Positions 32,101 to 41,556 of a stretch of DNA of 64,000 nt are shown in pieces. The translations under genes and the position numbers were made by a program. The DNA is taken from the NCBI RefSeq assembly GCF_002105155.1, contig NW_019029016.1, forward strand, positions 248,001 to 312,000, written 5' to 3'. Source of the DNA: Lobosporangium transversale (taxonomy: Eukaryota). The stretch's first letter is position 1; each line of letters opens with the position of its first letter. The notes under the pieces are model-generated. The model was not told the origin of the DNA, made no database searches, and saw only the letters and a program-made list of their open reading frames with translations.

Positions 32101-32878
32101 TGTTGTGCTTGATGATGATTCGCTGGTGAATAAGGTTGCGATTGTGATGGAAATTGCTGGAACTGTTGCTGCTGGTGGGGGTACATGTTAAAGTAAATAC
32201 CCCTGCTGCGAGAACCGGAATTGCGACCGGATCCTCTGTTTTGCAAAGCTGTCTTGCGAGGCTTGCTGGCCTCCTGGTACTCCTCAGCAGCTTTAATTCG
32301 GGCTGCAATATCATTTTTAGTGATAGTTGCAGTCTTTTCATGATCAGGGGCTGGCTTGAGACCCTTTGCGTACACAAAATTATCCATGCGCAGATCGGTG
32401 ATTTGGCGTGCTGTAACGGCCAGATGAGATCGCATGACATGCCCAAAATCTGCGACGATCTGCCGTAATGCAGGATCGTGCACTTTGTGAAAGTATTCTG
32501 CCAGGAATTCGTCCAAGGGTCGCGTAGCGTGGGCCTGACGTTCCTGTAGTTGGGATAACCACTTGTCCACTCGTTGAAAAGAAGTGGTCTCCTGAGGCCA
32601 AGGCAACTCAAGAGAGGGCGCTTTGTACTGCTGATCTGGGTTCTTGGGATAGAGGACGTACTCGGTGAGGATGTTATCGTCGCCAGAGTTGTCCGGGGGA
32701 CGGAAGAAATGAGAGCCGTCAAGGGAAGGTACAGCCGCTTTGAGGGTATCAGAGAGGACAAGTATCTTGGCCTGTGGGCGATCAATGGTGATGGGGGAAG
32801 GGGAAGAGGAGGAAGGGTTGGCCTGCGTAAGGGCAGCCACCTGCTGACGAAGAGTGTTGATTTCATGAAGGAGTGCAT
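29153..32878 (-). CDS. DIRS-A tyrosine recombinase ORF (1241 codons; YR domain in the last ~320 aa; N-terminal part overlaps gag and pol)
   Basis: Stop-free frame with the same YR motifs as 22-1149. Confidence 0.85.
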   Translation of the reverse strand: MHSFMKSTLFVSRWLPLRRPTLPPLPLPPSPLIAHRPRYLSSLIPSKRLYLPLTALISSVPRTTLATITSSPSTSSIPRTQISSTKRPLLSCLGLRRPLLFNEWTSGYPNYRNVRPTLRDPWTNSWQNTFTKCTILHYGRSSQILGMSCDLIWPLQHAKSPICAWIILCTQRVSSQPLIMKRLQLSLKMILQPELKLLRSTRRPASLARQLCKTEDPVAIPVLAAGVFTLTCTPTSSNSSSNFHHNRNLIHQRIIIKHNKPHLLSSLTGMESPCITTSRDSIFTEAAVDGDAAAPTRASRGPSAPLLEGLEAPHGRQVGPLRDWKRFSDSLPQTTSNNTHIKSPFPASIQGGDTGDRERSDRTSGQKSHRARFGTWFPESFVYYPQEDRGPPACPQPTSSQSIYHHRLVQDGDDSGSMQYPSEERLFDEHRSQRCFPSCADSSTFSSLPSVSVEGSAVSVSHSTFRDVTVAVSLHEGPTPGVEMGEASRNTADSLHRRSVDHGQLQSPSRRAHESCPGQTQVSWIPHQQGEILSDANEMSRSSGFHHQHHRHDPLGTEVQGQGHTARSSEDAQQGMDDGSQLGYVHRESHGDDSSSISSSSNDAASSGIEEQSTQPSGVILGSDDLTGRQSSSRSGLVDTPTQGVERDVMDSVANSDGRVHRRLRPRLGDRHRAAHLDRAMATKHTPPTHQFKRVTNRVLRSHSTANTREDAQPSNRQHNHHRLHQPVRRNSFTTSDGPGGQNMEALSSNRHKTQDHICTFSIQSSRCTITPDASAARMEAGPVIFPSSRPAVGASSDRPLCIAQQQPASSVHDMETSSFGSGLRCAETQVEPLGQPLHLSSMELTSKDPAEARPGRPGSDHNYSILAIGDLVPEDTGNGDPTPFTDSTNMCSPSTRKRRAHPAQESTLGPYRVESKRTRMLIDGLSPAVTEFICAHKESKSTKREYEKHQAEFVTWLKEGSFEQGINPAIPVVNWLHYVRVARNLKWSTLMTMKSAVLALFRDPERVRSDEYYRQFLKAGKQEGVVESRSGHFDITPVLDHFRQSSANMELPFEELTWKLCWLLGVCGFMRPDDIRCVDVSLSKIVLGKLQLVVVFPKEKSDGQRIIKHVTIGSHFDKKLCPVDAYTAYLDRLSCPSTTSPHPKDPTRSIVPLIRFVKDHTQPARATTIGSHMSRISSLMDLGDKKAPKLRALGSTLAAIAGVPVADIMVQGNWSSPKVFEKHYRLSSATSNNMSMSTLG
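30109..32034 (-). CDS. DIRS-A pol: RT, RNase H, adenine-methyltransferase-like domain
   Basis: PVGGRL, IPKKTGDLRPVLNL, IDLKDAF, LPFG, YIDD, YTDAS, HINLKEL, DLFAS, YICPPW. Confidence 0.93.
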   Translation of the reverse strand, partial: FLQRQPWTGTRQRQQEPVGGRLHLYSRAWRLLTDDRWVRSVIGNGFQIPFHRQPPITHTSRALSPHLSKEETLAIENEVIALLAKKAIEHASGPGFQSRLFTIPKKTGDLRPVLNLRPLNQFIITDSFKMETIQVVCNTLQKNDYLTSIDLKDAFLHVLIHPHFRPYLQFQWKGQLYQFRTLPFGMSLSPLVFTKVLRPVLRWARRRGIRLTAYIDDLLIMANSKAQAEEHTNLVLDKLKSLGFLINKEKSSLMPTKCLDHLGFTINTTDMTLSVPKSKVRDIRREAAKMLSKGWTTVRNLATFIGKAMATTAAVFPARLMTRHLLALKNRALSHQGSSWEATISLDDRARADLDWWTHQLKEWNGTSWIQSPTQMDVYTDASDQGWGIVIGQRTWTGLWPPNIRHQHINLKELLTVYYAVTLPQTQGRMLNLVIDNTTTIAYINRFGGTRSQPLMDLADKIWKHCLATGTRLRTTYVPSVFNPADAPSRRMQAQLEWRLDPSFFRRLDQQWGPHRIDLFASPSNNQLPQFMTWKPHPLAVDFDALRHKWSHLGNLYICPPWNLLPRILQKLDQEGLEATIITPFWPSAIWFPKIQAMATQPPLPIPRTCVLPPPGSDAHILLKNPHWGLTAWRVRGRGCS

Positions 32879-32909
32879 TATGAGTGTTGTCGGTAGAATT
32901 GTCGCTCAT
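31980..32909 (-). CDS. DIRS-A gag-like ORF
   Basis: First ORF after the left ITR, ATG 32909. Shares YPKN, WP, TRPLD and an RG-rich tail with the other DIRS gags here. Confidence 0.85.
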   Translation of the reverse strand: MSDNSTDNTHNALLHEINTLRQQVAALTQANPSSSSPSPITIDRPQAKILVLSDTLKAAVPSLDGSHFFRPPDNSGDDNILTEYVLYPKNPDQQYKAPSLELPWPQETTSFQRVDKWLSQLQERQAHATRPLDEFLAEYFHKVHDPALRQIVADFGHVMRSHLAVTARQITDLRMDNFVYAKGLKPAPDHEKTATITKNDIAARIKAAEEYQEASKPRKTALQNRGSGRNSGSRSRGIYFNMYPHQQQQFQQFPSQSQPYSPANHHQAQQATPPQLTYGYGEPMHNNQQGQYFYRGSRGRGRGSANKSQ

Positions 32910-33255
32910 TGGAACGAATAGATAATAGTCTGCAACGGATGAGTTCCAGGAGCGACGAGAAGAAAGATGTAGATCAGAGTTGCAGGGCAGAGGGATCTTT
33001 TTATTTAGTTTATTTTTCTTTATTTCTCGTCGGATTTTCAATGAAGAAAGGTGACACATACGGACATGGTACCGTAGACAATGACTATAAAATTAATACA
33101 ATGAAATATTATGCTTTATCAGACATCGAAAATCCCAGGGCACAAGGGGCTGACCACCAGGCCGCATTCCAGCTGTACAGGTTACCCAACATAACTCGTA
33201 AGCCACCCACGTCGAGAAGGCAATGCATTGGCAAGATGTTGTTCACAACAATTGA

Positions 33256-33299
<44 letters not shown>

Positions 33300-34095
33300 A
33301 TAAAAAAAGATCGTATTGATTTTAGTATTTCAGTACCAGTATCACATACTAGTACTGCGTACTAAAATAACGAAAATTTAGTATGACATACTCGTACTGC
33401 GTACCAAAATGCCATTTTTTTTCCACAAACAATCAATCAAGCATGCACTGATTCTAAGCACTCACATTAAAGATACATTGATACTAAAAACACGCCCGCA
33501 CAAATCATATGTAGTGATACTACTACTTGTTTTATGCAATACTATTATTCTCCAATAGTTCCACTCTTTGCAGATGCTGTGATCGTGTTGCCCGCACTCC
33601 CAGTTGCCGCATGGCCACATAGTACTGCTCTTGAGGCAGCTTAGTGAGGCAAGTCCGAAGAAAGTGGTAGGACCTTGTAATAAACCACCCTTTCTTGATG
33701 TTACTTGGGACCTTGACTACAATTCTTTTAGCTTGCCTCTCCAGCTGACTACTGCAGCCCTCACATGTTGGCAACCTTCCCTTATTGGTAACGACGTCGG
33801 TGAGAACACTGAATGGATAGTTTGCTGTGCTTTCTGTGGCTGCTTAATACAATCCACCTTTGGATCTTCTTTAGAGCTTCCGTGGCTCTCAATTGAATCC
33901 TCTTCAGAGCTTCCGTGGCTGGCATCAACATGTGGCGCCTCAGTTCTGCTCTTTTCAAAGAGGACAATAAAATATTCAACCTCATTTTGCATTGGATTTG
34001 TGCGAGCCACATTTTAGTATCATGGAAAGAAGATCTTAGTATCACTTTCCATGGGGTTTGTGCGGGTAAGTTTTAGGTTAGTATCACTTGCATGT

Positions 34096-34618
34096 TGTCA
34101 CGAACAGCAAGCAATGTCTAGCTCATGAATTGATGAATGACTTTTGTCTGATTCGAATCTGAAAAAGATCACGTGTGCTTGATTAATTTGTTCCGCTCAT
34201 TTCCTTCACTCATTCCTCCATGCATAGTTTGCCTGTCAAGCCAAGTCGCGTCTCCTAGTTTTCTAGCTCCGTGAATAGCTCCAAGGATTCTAGAAGAGCT
34301 ATAAACCAATAACCAAGACTTATAGTGCCAAGGAACCTTGAAATAAGATTGCACCAGATATCTTCCTCGGATCCTGTGTATTAAGTTAACTCAACACTTG
34401 GAGTTCCGCATATGGTAAAAGTCCTTAGGAAATATTTGAGTAAGCTTTATTTAGAGTTCTTGAAGCGCGTCTCCGCTTCAGTCAAACAAGTATAAATATG
34501 ATAGATTTGTAACATAGTAAACCTCAGTCTGCAATAAAACTATTCTTGAATCTCCTAAGTTCATTCTTGTTCCTAAATCACTTACCTTCTCTTGCAATCG
34601 TCCTGTCAGTCCTTGACA
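34096..34618 (+). mobile_element. Solo LTR (523 bp)
   Basis: TGTCA...TGACA termini, 5-bp TSD CATGT (34091-34095, 34619-34623), internal TATAAATA and AATAAA. Confidence 0.85.
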
Positions 34619-34683
34619 CATGTTTATTTATGAATGTCAACTCTTGTGTTAGTATCACTTGCATCTTTGTTTATGAATGTCTA

Positions 34684-34958
34684 CACTCCAGTCTCACTGT
34701 TTTGCAAAATGTGCAAAAAAGTGGATTTTATATACGTTCTGCGATGCTCATTGGCTAGATTCACATTTAATTCAAAAATTTTTATTTTAAATTGGCTGGC
34801 AAAGGGTAAGAGGAGAAAGACAAGCAAAAAATCAGCCAATTGAATTGTGGTTTTAGAATAAATATTTTGAATTAAATGTGAATTTAGCCAATGAGCATCG
34901 CAGAACGTATATAAAATCCACTTTTTTGCACATTTTGCAAAACAGTGAGACTGGAGTG
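34684..34958. mobile_element. MITE (Tc1/mariner type), ~105-bp TIRs
   Basis: TA|CACTCCAGTCTCAC...GTGAGACTGGAGTG|TA; near-perfect foldback. Confidence 0.88.
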
Positions 34959-36389
34959 TAGTATCACTTCCATGTGCTCTCAAAAAAAAATGGGCGCTCG
35001 GGGCGAGGATGGAAATAATACTAATATGCATTTACGGGGTTCATCTCCCAAAGTGCCTGAGTGCTCCATATACGCATATTCGCGTTCTCAGGATCCATAG
35101 AAAACCAGATACTCTATAGTAAAGTCCCTCATTTCGGCCCCAAACGTGTTGAAACTTCTAGAGTCGATAAAGCAACCGAAAATATATCTTTCAAAACAGG
35201 AAATTGTATTTTTGGGTAAAAATTGAAAATGTTTATATTCAAAAGTTTGAGAACTAGGGCATCTTGAAGTCAAGGTTTCTACGGAAATTGTCTAGCTTTT
35301 AGACAAAATATTGCAGAACCATCAGAATATTTCCAAAACTGACCAAACTTTCCAAAAAGTAAGAATATGTAGTGCATAATATAATGTACTAAGGGACCAT
35401 ACGTGTTCTTATAAAAGGAACCCGAAGTTCCTTAATGAATAAAACCGAAAAATCCCTAAAAAATGATATATTTCTCTCTTCAGCTATAAGTAAAGTCTAT
35501 GAAAAATGCTTGGATTTTGGAAAACTAAGACTCTATACAAAGCTATGTAACGTATCTATCATATACTATGTGGAAAAGCGCTTTGATGTATTTTTGAGGG
35601 AAAGGCAGACACTTTGGCTTGACATTGAACCTCATTTCGACCATTTTATAACCTTTAAACGGCAATAATTCCATAAATACTTCAAGGATTAAGACCAAAA
35701 AATCCTTGCTTTGTAAGTACCAAAGTCTTATATCCCCCGATACCTCATCCATTTTTTCTATAATCGATATACATCCAGCAATAGCCTATTTTACTATTTG
35801 CGATAATCTAGCTGTCGAAGTCTTGTAAGTCCATTTTTTTACATTAGTTTTGTGCGGCAAACTTAATTTCTAATTTTAGACCAGGAGAGAAAAGTGGTTT
35901 TTTGTATTATTTGCAGCTTGTTGCTCTTTTTTGTTGGTCCTTCTCAATTATAAGATTTTTGTTAAGTAAACCATTTATATTTGAAGGAGAGCGACAAGCT
36001 CCCTCGTTTTTGGATAGGTCTGTTCGGACGTTTACTTGGTTCTGATCATTATAGCAAGTATAAATAGTTCGGTTAATACCGTCCTCAGTTAGTTTGTATA
36101 TACAATTTGTTTATGTGTGAAGAATTCGACAACAGGTAGGTTTTGTGAACACTTTGCAATTGTGGAAAGGGGTTTGTATGTTTGCTATTATCACAGCGGG
36201 AGCCGACCTATAATGTGTCACTTCTTTTCTTTATTAATTCGCCGAAAATCCAGTCACTAAATAAAAATAAACAATTTTTTTTTTTTTTTTTTTTGCTACA
36301 AAACTATGGTGCCACAAAGATTGATCAGCATCTTCTTTTCTTTCGCCCTTCCGGAACACATCCACTGGCATACTTTAGAAGTTCCACTA

Positions 36390-37259
36390 ATGAGTGATAT
36401 TGATATTGAAAACAACGATGACCGCAACATCGATAGTTCCATTAACATCCATGACCTCCTGGTTCCTGAACCCCAGGCATATAACTTTATTCCAAACAAA
36501 GCCATCCTCGAACTTTTCCCAAATTTTGACAGAAAAGATTTCTTTGTCCCTGATCCAGAGAAAAAAGATCAGTATGAGGACCTTCGGGACACATTACAAA
36601 CAACCATCGGCTCTTACCCCAAAAACAAGCTTCAGAAGTATTCTGCACCACCTATTACCGACCTACCATGGCCTGACAGTGCCAAGTTACGGCAGCAGTT
36701 CGACTCTGATCTGGCGTCCATTCAATCCAAGCTGGCTATCCATACGCGCCCCTTGGACAAGTATGTCTTGGATGCCATGCAAGACGACAGTCGCTCCGAC
36801 GAGTCCACGCTATCAGCCATTGAGGGAGTTTCCGATCTCATCGAGCATATCAAGCAGATTAGCCATTACATCCACAACCTCCGAGTGCAGAACCTTGAGA
36901 GAGCTCATGGTCTACAGCTGCTTACCAGGAAAAGCAATGCCAAGACACCGGCTGTGGACTCCCAATCCCTTTTGGAGAAAAAGAAGCTTCTGTTATCCAT
37001 CAAACGAAACCTGTATTCCAACAGCACAGGACGCGGTTCGAACAGGAACAGGCATGATCGAAACAATAATTTCCCTAGAAATAGCGCTCAGAGCAGCTAT
37101 TCTAATCAAGGTCAGAGCAATCAGTCGCAGAGCCAGCCTGATAGCAACAACAACATCAGTGGCGGTAACCGGCATTTTTACAATGCCCGAGGCAACTCCA
37201 ACAGGGGTCGCGAACGGGGTCGCGGCCGAGGGCATCAACAAACGACCGACCACCAGTAG
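36390..37259 (+). CDS. DIRS-B gag-like ORF
   Basis: ATG 36390; YPKN, LPWP, TRPLD, RG-rich tail. Confidence 0.85.
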   Translation: MSDIDIENNDDRNIDSSINIHDLLVPEPQAYNFIPNKAILELFPNFDRKDFFVPDPEKKDQYEDLRDTLQTTIGSYPKNKLQKYSAPPITDLPWPDSAKLRQQFDSDLASIQSKLAIHTRPLDKYVLDAMQDDSRSDESTLSAIEGVSDLIEHIKQISHYIHNLRVQNLERAHGLQLLTRKSNAKTPAVDSQSLLEKKKLLLSIKRNLYSNSTGRGSNRNRHDRNNNFPRNSAQSSYSNQGQSNQSQSQPDSNNNISGGNRHFYNARGNSNRGRERGRGRGHQQTTDHQ

Positions 37260-39130
37260 GAGGCAGGATTCACTTATTCCAGCAAGCATGGGCGATGATC
37301 ACAGACGAGCAATGGGTCCGGGACATAATAGCCAAAGGATTCAGGATCCCATTCAAGTCGCCACCTCCACTCTCATCCAGCCCAAGCAAGTCCCACAAGC
37401 TATCAGTGAAGGAAACAGAGTCCATAGAGAAAGAGATAGTGAGTCTTTTGGCCAAAAAAGCAATAGAAACAGTATCTTCCCCTACAGGCTTTTACAGTCG
37501 GATATTTACCATCCCCAAAAAGACAGGCGATCTTCGTCCTGTATTGAATCTCAAACCAATGAACCAATGTATACCGGACAGACATTTTAAGATGGAAAGT
37601 ATCAAAAATGTCTGCTCCATGATGAACAAAAACGATTTTATGACGAGCATAGATCTATCAGACGCATTCATGCATGTTCTGGTACATCCTTCGTCGAGGA
37701 AATATCTTCAGTTCGAATGGCAGGGACACCATTACCAGTTCCGAGTCCTTCCATTCGGGCTCTCTCTGTCCCCCCTTATATTTACGAAGATGTTGCGCCC
37801 TGTCCTCAGGTGGGCAAGACGCCAGGGAATCCGAATGACGGCTTACATAGACGATCTTCTAATTATAGCTCCCAGCAGAGAACGAGCCATACAATACACC
37901 CAGCGCGTCCTATCAAAGCTTCAATCATTAGGCTTCTTAGTGAAAGAAGAAAAGTCAACGCTAGAACCAACGCAAGTCATAGAGCATCTGGGCTTTACCA
38001 TCAACAGCAGAAACATGACACTCTCGATCCCTCAACACAAAATCAGAGACATTCGCAGGGAAGCGCGCAAAATAAGGAACAATGGCGTTTGCAGCTTAAG
38101 AAGTTTATCCGCCTTCATCGGGAAAGCAATGGCAATGACAGCAGCCGTATTTCCAGCTCGACTGATGTGCCAGCGCCTTCTCCAGATAAAGAACGACGCC
38201 CTTCGACAAGGCCACAAATGGACCGACACGATCACAGTGACAGAGTCGGCAAAGGACAACCTCACATGGTGGATAGACAACCTCCAGCATTGGAACGGAC
38301 AAACATGGCTCACGGAGAGGACAGAAGTCGACGTTTACACAGATGCCTCGGACACAGGGTGGGGTATCGTCGTAGACGATTCGACCTATGCAGGGCGATG
38401 GACAGCCTCACAGTCTCACGAGCACATCAACGTCAAAGAACTGCGGACAGTTCTATTTGCGACAAAGCTTCCCCAACTGCAGGGCAAGACAGTGAACATA
38501 ATTTGCGACAACATGACCACACTGGCACACATCCAACGGTTCGGAGGGACTCGCTCAGCTCCATTGATGGAAATAGCGGACACCATTTGGAAGCATTGCC
38601 TAGCAACAGGGACACGACTCAAGACAACATATGTCCCATCATCATTCAACCCAGCGGATGCACCATCACGCAGGATGCAATCGCAGTTGGAATGGAGCAT
38701 TCATCAGGACTTCTTCGATTATCTACAGAAGATCTGGGGCCCGCATCAGACGGATCTGTTTGCATCATCAATCAACAACAAAACAGAGAGGTTCATGTCA
38801 TGGAAGCCAGACCCCTTAGCGATCAACTTCGATGCACTACGGCACCCATGGAGCAATCTGGGGAATTTGTACATCTGCGCGCCATGGAACCTGATCCCTC
38901 AGGCCCTTCAGAAGCTGAGGCTAGAGAAACTACAAGCGACGATCGTAGCTCCGAACTGGCCCAGCGCCCTATGGTATCCAACTCTTCAAGCGATGGCGAC
39001 TTGTGCCCCCAGAGAGATCCCACGCAAGTATGTCCTCCCAGCTCCAGGACAAGATCAAAACGTTCTAGCAAAGAATCCGCACTGGACACTGCAAGCATGG
39101 CGCGTAAACGGCGCTATTACACAGACCTAG
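37175..39130 (+). CDS. DIRS-B pol: RT, RNase H, methyltransferase-like domain
   Basis: PVGGRI, IPKKTGDLRPVLNL, YIDD, YTDAS, DLFAS, YICAPW. Confidence 0.93.
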   Translation, partial: FLQCPRQLQQGSRTGSRPRASTNDRPPVGGRIHLFQQAWAMITDEQWVRDIIAKGFRIPFKSPPPLSSSPSKSHKLSVKETESIEKEIVSLLAKKAIETVSSPTGFYSRIFTIPKKTGDLRPVLNLKPMNQCIPDRHFKMESIKNVCSMMNKNDFMTSIDLSDAFMHVLVHPSSRKYLQFEWQGHHYQFRVLPFGLSLSPLIFTKMLRPVLRWARRQGIRMTAYIDDLLIIAPSRERAIQYTQRVLSKLQSLGFLVKEEKSTLEPTQVIEHLGFTINSRNMTLSIPQHKIRDIRREARKIRNNGVCSLRSLSAFIGKAMAMTAAVFPARLMCQRLLQIKNDALRQGHKWTDTITVTESAKDNLTWWIDNLQHWNGQTWLTERTEVDVYTDASDTGWGIVVDDSTYAGRWTASQSHEHINVKELRTVLFATKLPQLQGKTVNIICDNMTTLAHIQRFGGTRSAPLMEIADTIWKHCLATGTRLKTTYVPSSFNPADAPSRRMQSQLEWSIHQDFFDYLQKIWGPHQTDLFASSINNKTERFMSWKPDPLAINFDALRHPWSNLGNLYICAPWNLIPQALQKLRLEKLQATIVAPNWPSALWYPTLQAMATCAPREIPRKYVLPAPGQDQNVLAKNPHWTLQAWRVNGAITQT

Positions 39131-40110
39131 GTTTAGACAGCGAAGCAGCGGAGACTATACTAGATAACCCTCAGACACAGCGACGGCACAAAAAATACGC
39201 CCCAGCGCAACAAGTGTTCATCGATTGGGCCAGGCAAAATGACAGGGATCCATTCACCCCCAATCCGATCCTTTTAGTTAACTATCTCAATCATCAGATG
39301 CGCAACCGTCCATGGTCTCCCGCCACCACTCTGCAGAAACGCTCAGCCATTTTAGCTCTATTTCCAGACAAATCAGCGTTTGACAAGAGCCATGTGTATA
39401 AGGACTTCATTACAGCCATCAAGGCCAAACACATTCGACCTAGCAACGCATTGAGCATCAATCTCAACCCAGCTCTTGATTATATTCGATCCCTTCCTTC
39501 TAACGAGGAAATGTCATTCCTTCAGCTCACGAGAAAGCTTTGTTGGCTTCTAGGCGTTTGTGGGTTCCTTCGTCCAGACGACATTCGATGTATAGACCTG
39601 ACCAAGACTACATGGACCACAAGCCAACTCATGCTCTTCATTCCTATTCCCAAAGAGAAACGACTTGGGAACCGCATCGAGAAGACAGTTTGTATTCGTT
39701 CCAACAGTGATCCGAAACTGTGCCCTGTGAATACATTTGCTGCGTATTTGCAAAGATTAACAGATCATCCACTGGAGGTACCACATCCGAAGGATGACAG
39801 TCTGACAATTCAACCTCTCATCCGACATTCCAAATATTTGAATCGAGCAGTATCAGCAGAAACCATTTCCAATCACATGGACTCGATCTCAACTAAGATC
39901 CCAGAAGTGGAAAAGGCTTCCCGACGTATCAAGCCACGCGCACTCGGCTCTACAGCTGCAGCTACAGCAGGGGTATCGATTGACGACATCATCGCTCATG
40001 GTAATTGGTCTTCTCCGGAAACTTTCCAATATTTCTACCGCATGGCTAGTCAGACAAGAACGAATTTTACTGAGATCACCCTGGGACAAAACTCTGGATG
40101 CACATTATAG
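37717..40110 (+). CDS. DIRS-B tyrosine recombinase ORF (frame extends back to 36418 with one stop at 37588)
   Basis: GFLRPDD, LCPV, KPRALG, GNWSS, FQYFYR. Confidence 0.88.
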   Translation: MAGTPLPVPSPSIRALSVPPYIYEDVAPCPQVGKTPGNPNDGLHRRSSNYSSQQRTSHTIHPARPIKASIIRLLSERRKVNARTNASHRASGLYHQQQKHDTLDPSTQNQRHSQGSAQNKEQWRLQLKKFIRLHRESNGNDSSRISSSTDVPAPSPDKERRPSTRPQMDRHDHSDRVGKGQPHMVDRQPPALERTNMAHGEDRSRRLHRCLGHRVGYRRRRFDLCRAMDSLTVSRAHQRQRTADSSICDKASPTAGQDSEHNLRQHDHTGTHPTVRRDSLSSIDGNSGHHLEALPSNRDTTQDNICPIIIQPSGCTITQDAIAVGMEHSSGLLRLSTEDLGPASDGSVCIINQQQNREVHVMEARPLSDQLRCTTAPMEQSGEFVHLRAMEPDPSGPSEAEARETTSDDRSSELAQRPMVSNSSSDGDLCPQRDPTQVCPPSSRTRSKRSSKESALDTASMARKRRYYTDLGLDSEAAETILDNPQTQRRHKKYAPAQQVFIDWARQNDRDPFTPNPILLVNYLNHQMRNRPWSPATTLQKRSAILALFPDKSAFDKSHVYKDFITAIKAKHIRPSNALSINLNPALDYIRSLPSNEEMSFLQLTRKLCWLLGVCGFLRPDDIRCIDLTKTTWTTSQLMLFIPIPKEKRLGNRIEKTVCIRSNSDPKLCPVNTFAAYLQRLTDHPLEVPHPKDDSLTIQPLIRHSKYLNRAVSAETISNHMDSISTKIPEVEKASRRIKPRALGSTAAATAGVSIDDIIAHGNWSSPETFQYFYRMASQTRTNFTEITLGQNSGCTL

Positions 40111-40278
40111 GTCGGCTCCCGCTGTGATAATTACACAGCGTTCTCGAATAATATGAAGAGAAAAGCATATTATCCGAGGGAGCCGACCTATAATGTCCCA
40201 CCCTCCTCTCCCTAAGCTAGCCTGGTCCGGAGCTCAAGTCGAAGATGCTGATCAATCTTTGTGGCACCATAGTTTTGT

Positions 40279-40314
<36 letters not shown>

Positions 40315-40401
40315 TTTATTTTTATTTAGTGACTATGGATTTTCGGCGAATTAATAAAGAAAAGAAGTGACACATTATAGGTCGGCTCCCGCTGTGATAA
40401 T

Positions 40402-41443
40402 TCGTAATTGGCCAAGGGAGAGAATCTCGTTTGAGAATAGGATATTCTGTCGTTTTTTTTTAATAAAAAGCCTTGTCCTGCCATTGATCTCCAAACTGTG
40501 TGCGCACCGTCCAGTGCCGACTCTGGCATTGCCGTTGTTGATTCCAGATGTAACAAGGTAGTTGAATGCTCGGAGCCCAATCACCAACTTTTTATTTATT
40601 CCAATATCATCCATCTTCACGATTTTTAGCTGGTTGGAGTATTGAGTGAAAAGCTCTTCTGTTGGGACACTTGATGGAACAGCATCGTGTGATTCTGCAT
40701 GGGGATCTGTCCAGTTGTCTCTTGAATAAAGCTCTGCAAGTTATTGTCAAACTATTTTCTCCAGCGACAATTACTGCGCCCATCAAACGCTCTAGTCCTT
40801 CATCCCCACCAGCCCCTATTACAGGGAGGTGCTCAGGAGTGGCTGGCTCGTGTGTTTCCAGAAACTGACTTTCTAATTTTGCTGCTTTGACTTTGACCTT
40901 TCCCTGGTCATCGTCGACTTTCAAGATCTTGTGGGGCTCTGGGAGGATGGATCGCACGAGCTCCGGTGCTTCTGGGTGAGGATCATTGCACGCCCATTGA
41001 TGTGATACACAGAGGCGTTCATGTTCACGAGTGTTGACTGCAACATATTAGTTGGTACTGAACCACAGAGGCTCGTCCAGATGTCTGTAGTGTCTTCAAT
41101 ATCGGAATGGGGTCGTTGTGATCCTACTATCGCATCTGTCTGGTGAGCTCCATCATTGTCTTCATCAACAATGCTTTCCTGAAATTCTCCTGTGATCTCT
41201 TCACATCTTCTGCAATGATTCTTGGCTTTTTTTCGAGGGACCGTTTTTTGACATCTTGGACAAACAACTTGAGTGCCATCAACATAATCTCCGGTTTTCA
41301 GAGGTCGAAACACTAAAGCCTCGCCATTAAAAAATGTCACCAAGTCCTATCATGGGAAAGAATATGATGTGAGGTTTTTGCTTTTTTTTTTTTTTTTTTT
41401 TTTTTTTTTTCAACACAATTACTTTTCACACCTTTGAAGTCAT
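40402..41443 (-). pseudogene. Truncated hypothetical gene with a Cys-rich zinc-finger-like N-terminus (mirror copy at 45343-46384, + strand)
   Basis: CPRCQKTV...HCRRCEE, a poly(A)-containing intron near the 5' end, and frameshifts. Cut off by the DIRS-B terminus. Confidence 0.5.
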
Positions 41444-41478
41444 CGCAGCCAGTTCTCTAAAAAAAAATTAATGACAGA

Positions 41479-41556
41479 ACTTTTGAGCCATTGTTCGAGG
41501 TACTTTTGAGCCATTGTTCGAGGTACTTTTGAGCCTCTGTCGAGGTACTTTTGAGC
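41479..41556. repeat. 23-bp tandem repeat, ~3.5 copies (mirror at 45230-45307)
   Basis: Unit ACTTTTGAGCCATTGTTCGAGGT. Confidence 0.9.

Larger units (their letters stand above)
28780..33083 (-). mobile_element. Full-length, apparently intact DIRS1-like retrotransposon, family A
   Basis: Left ITR ~32965-33083, right ITR plus extension 28780-~28936, ICR 28971-29062 reproducing the circle junction. Gag, pol and YR frames are all open. Confidence 0.96.
33303..35120 (+). mobile_element. Unclassified repeat element of the TAGTATCAC/GTACTGCGTAC family, hosting a solo LTR and a MITE
   Basis: 33303-33410 and 34960-35120 align colinearly with ~42565-42822. Confidence 0.6.
36187..40401 (+). mobile_element. 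DIRS1-like retrotransposon family B, full coding region, atypical right end
   Basis: ITRs 36187-36335 and 40241-40401, ICR ~40101-40196, gag, pol and YR. Confidence 0.95.

Noticed and set aside
33532..34010. CxxC...H...C zinc-finger-like fragment on the minus strand
   Set aside because: Short and frameshifted; family cannot be assigned without a search.
35120..36180. Possible decayed coding sequence
   Set aside because: Many stops and no motif I can recognise.
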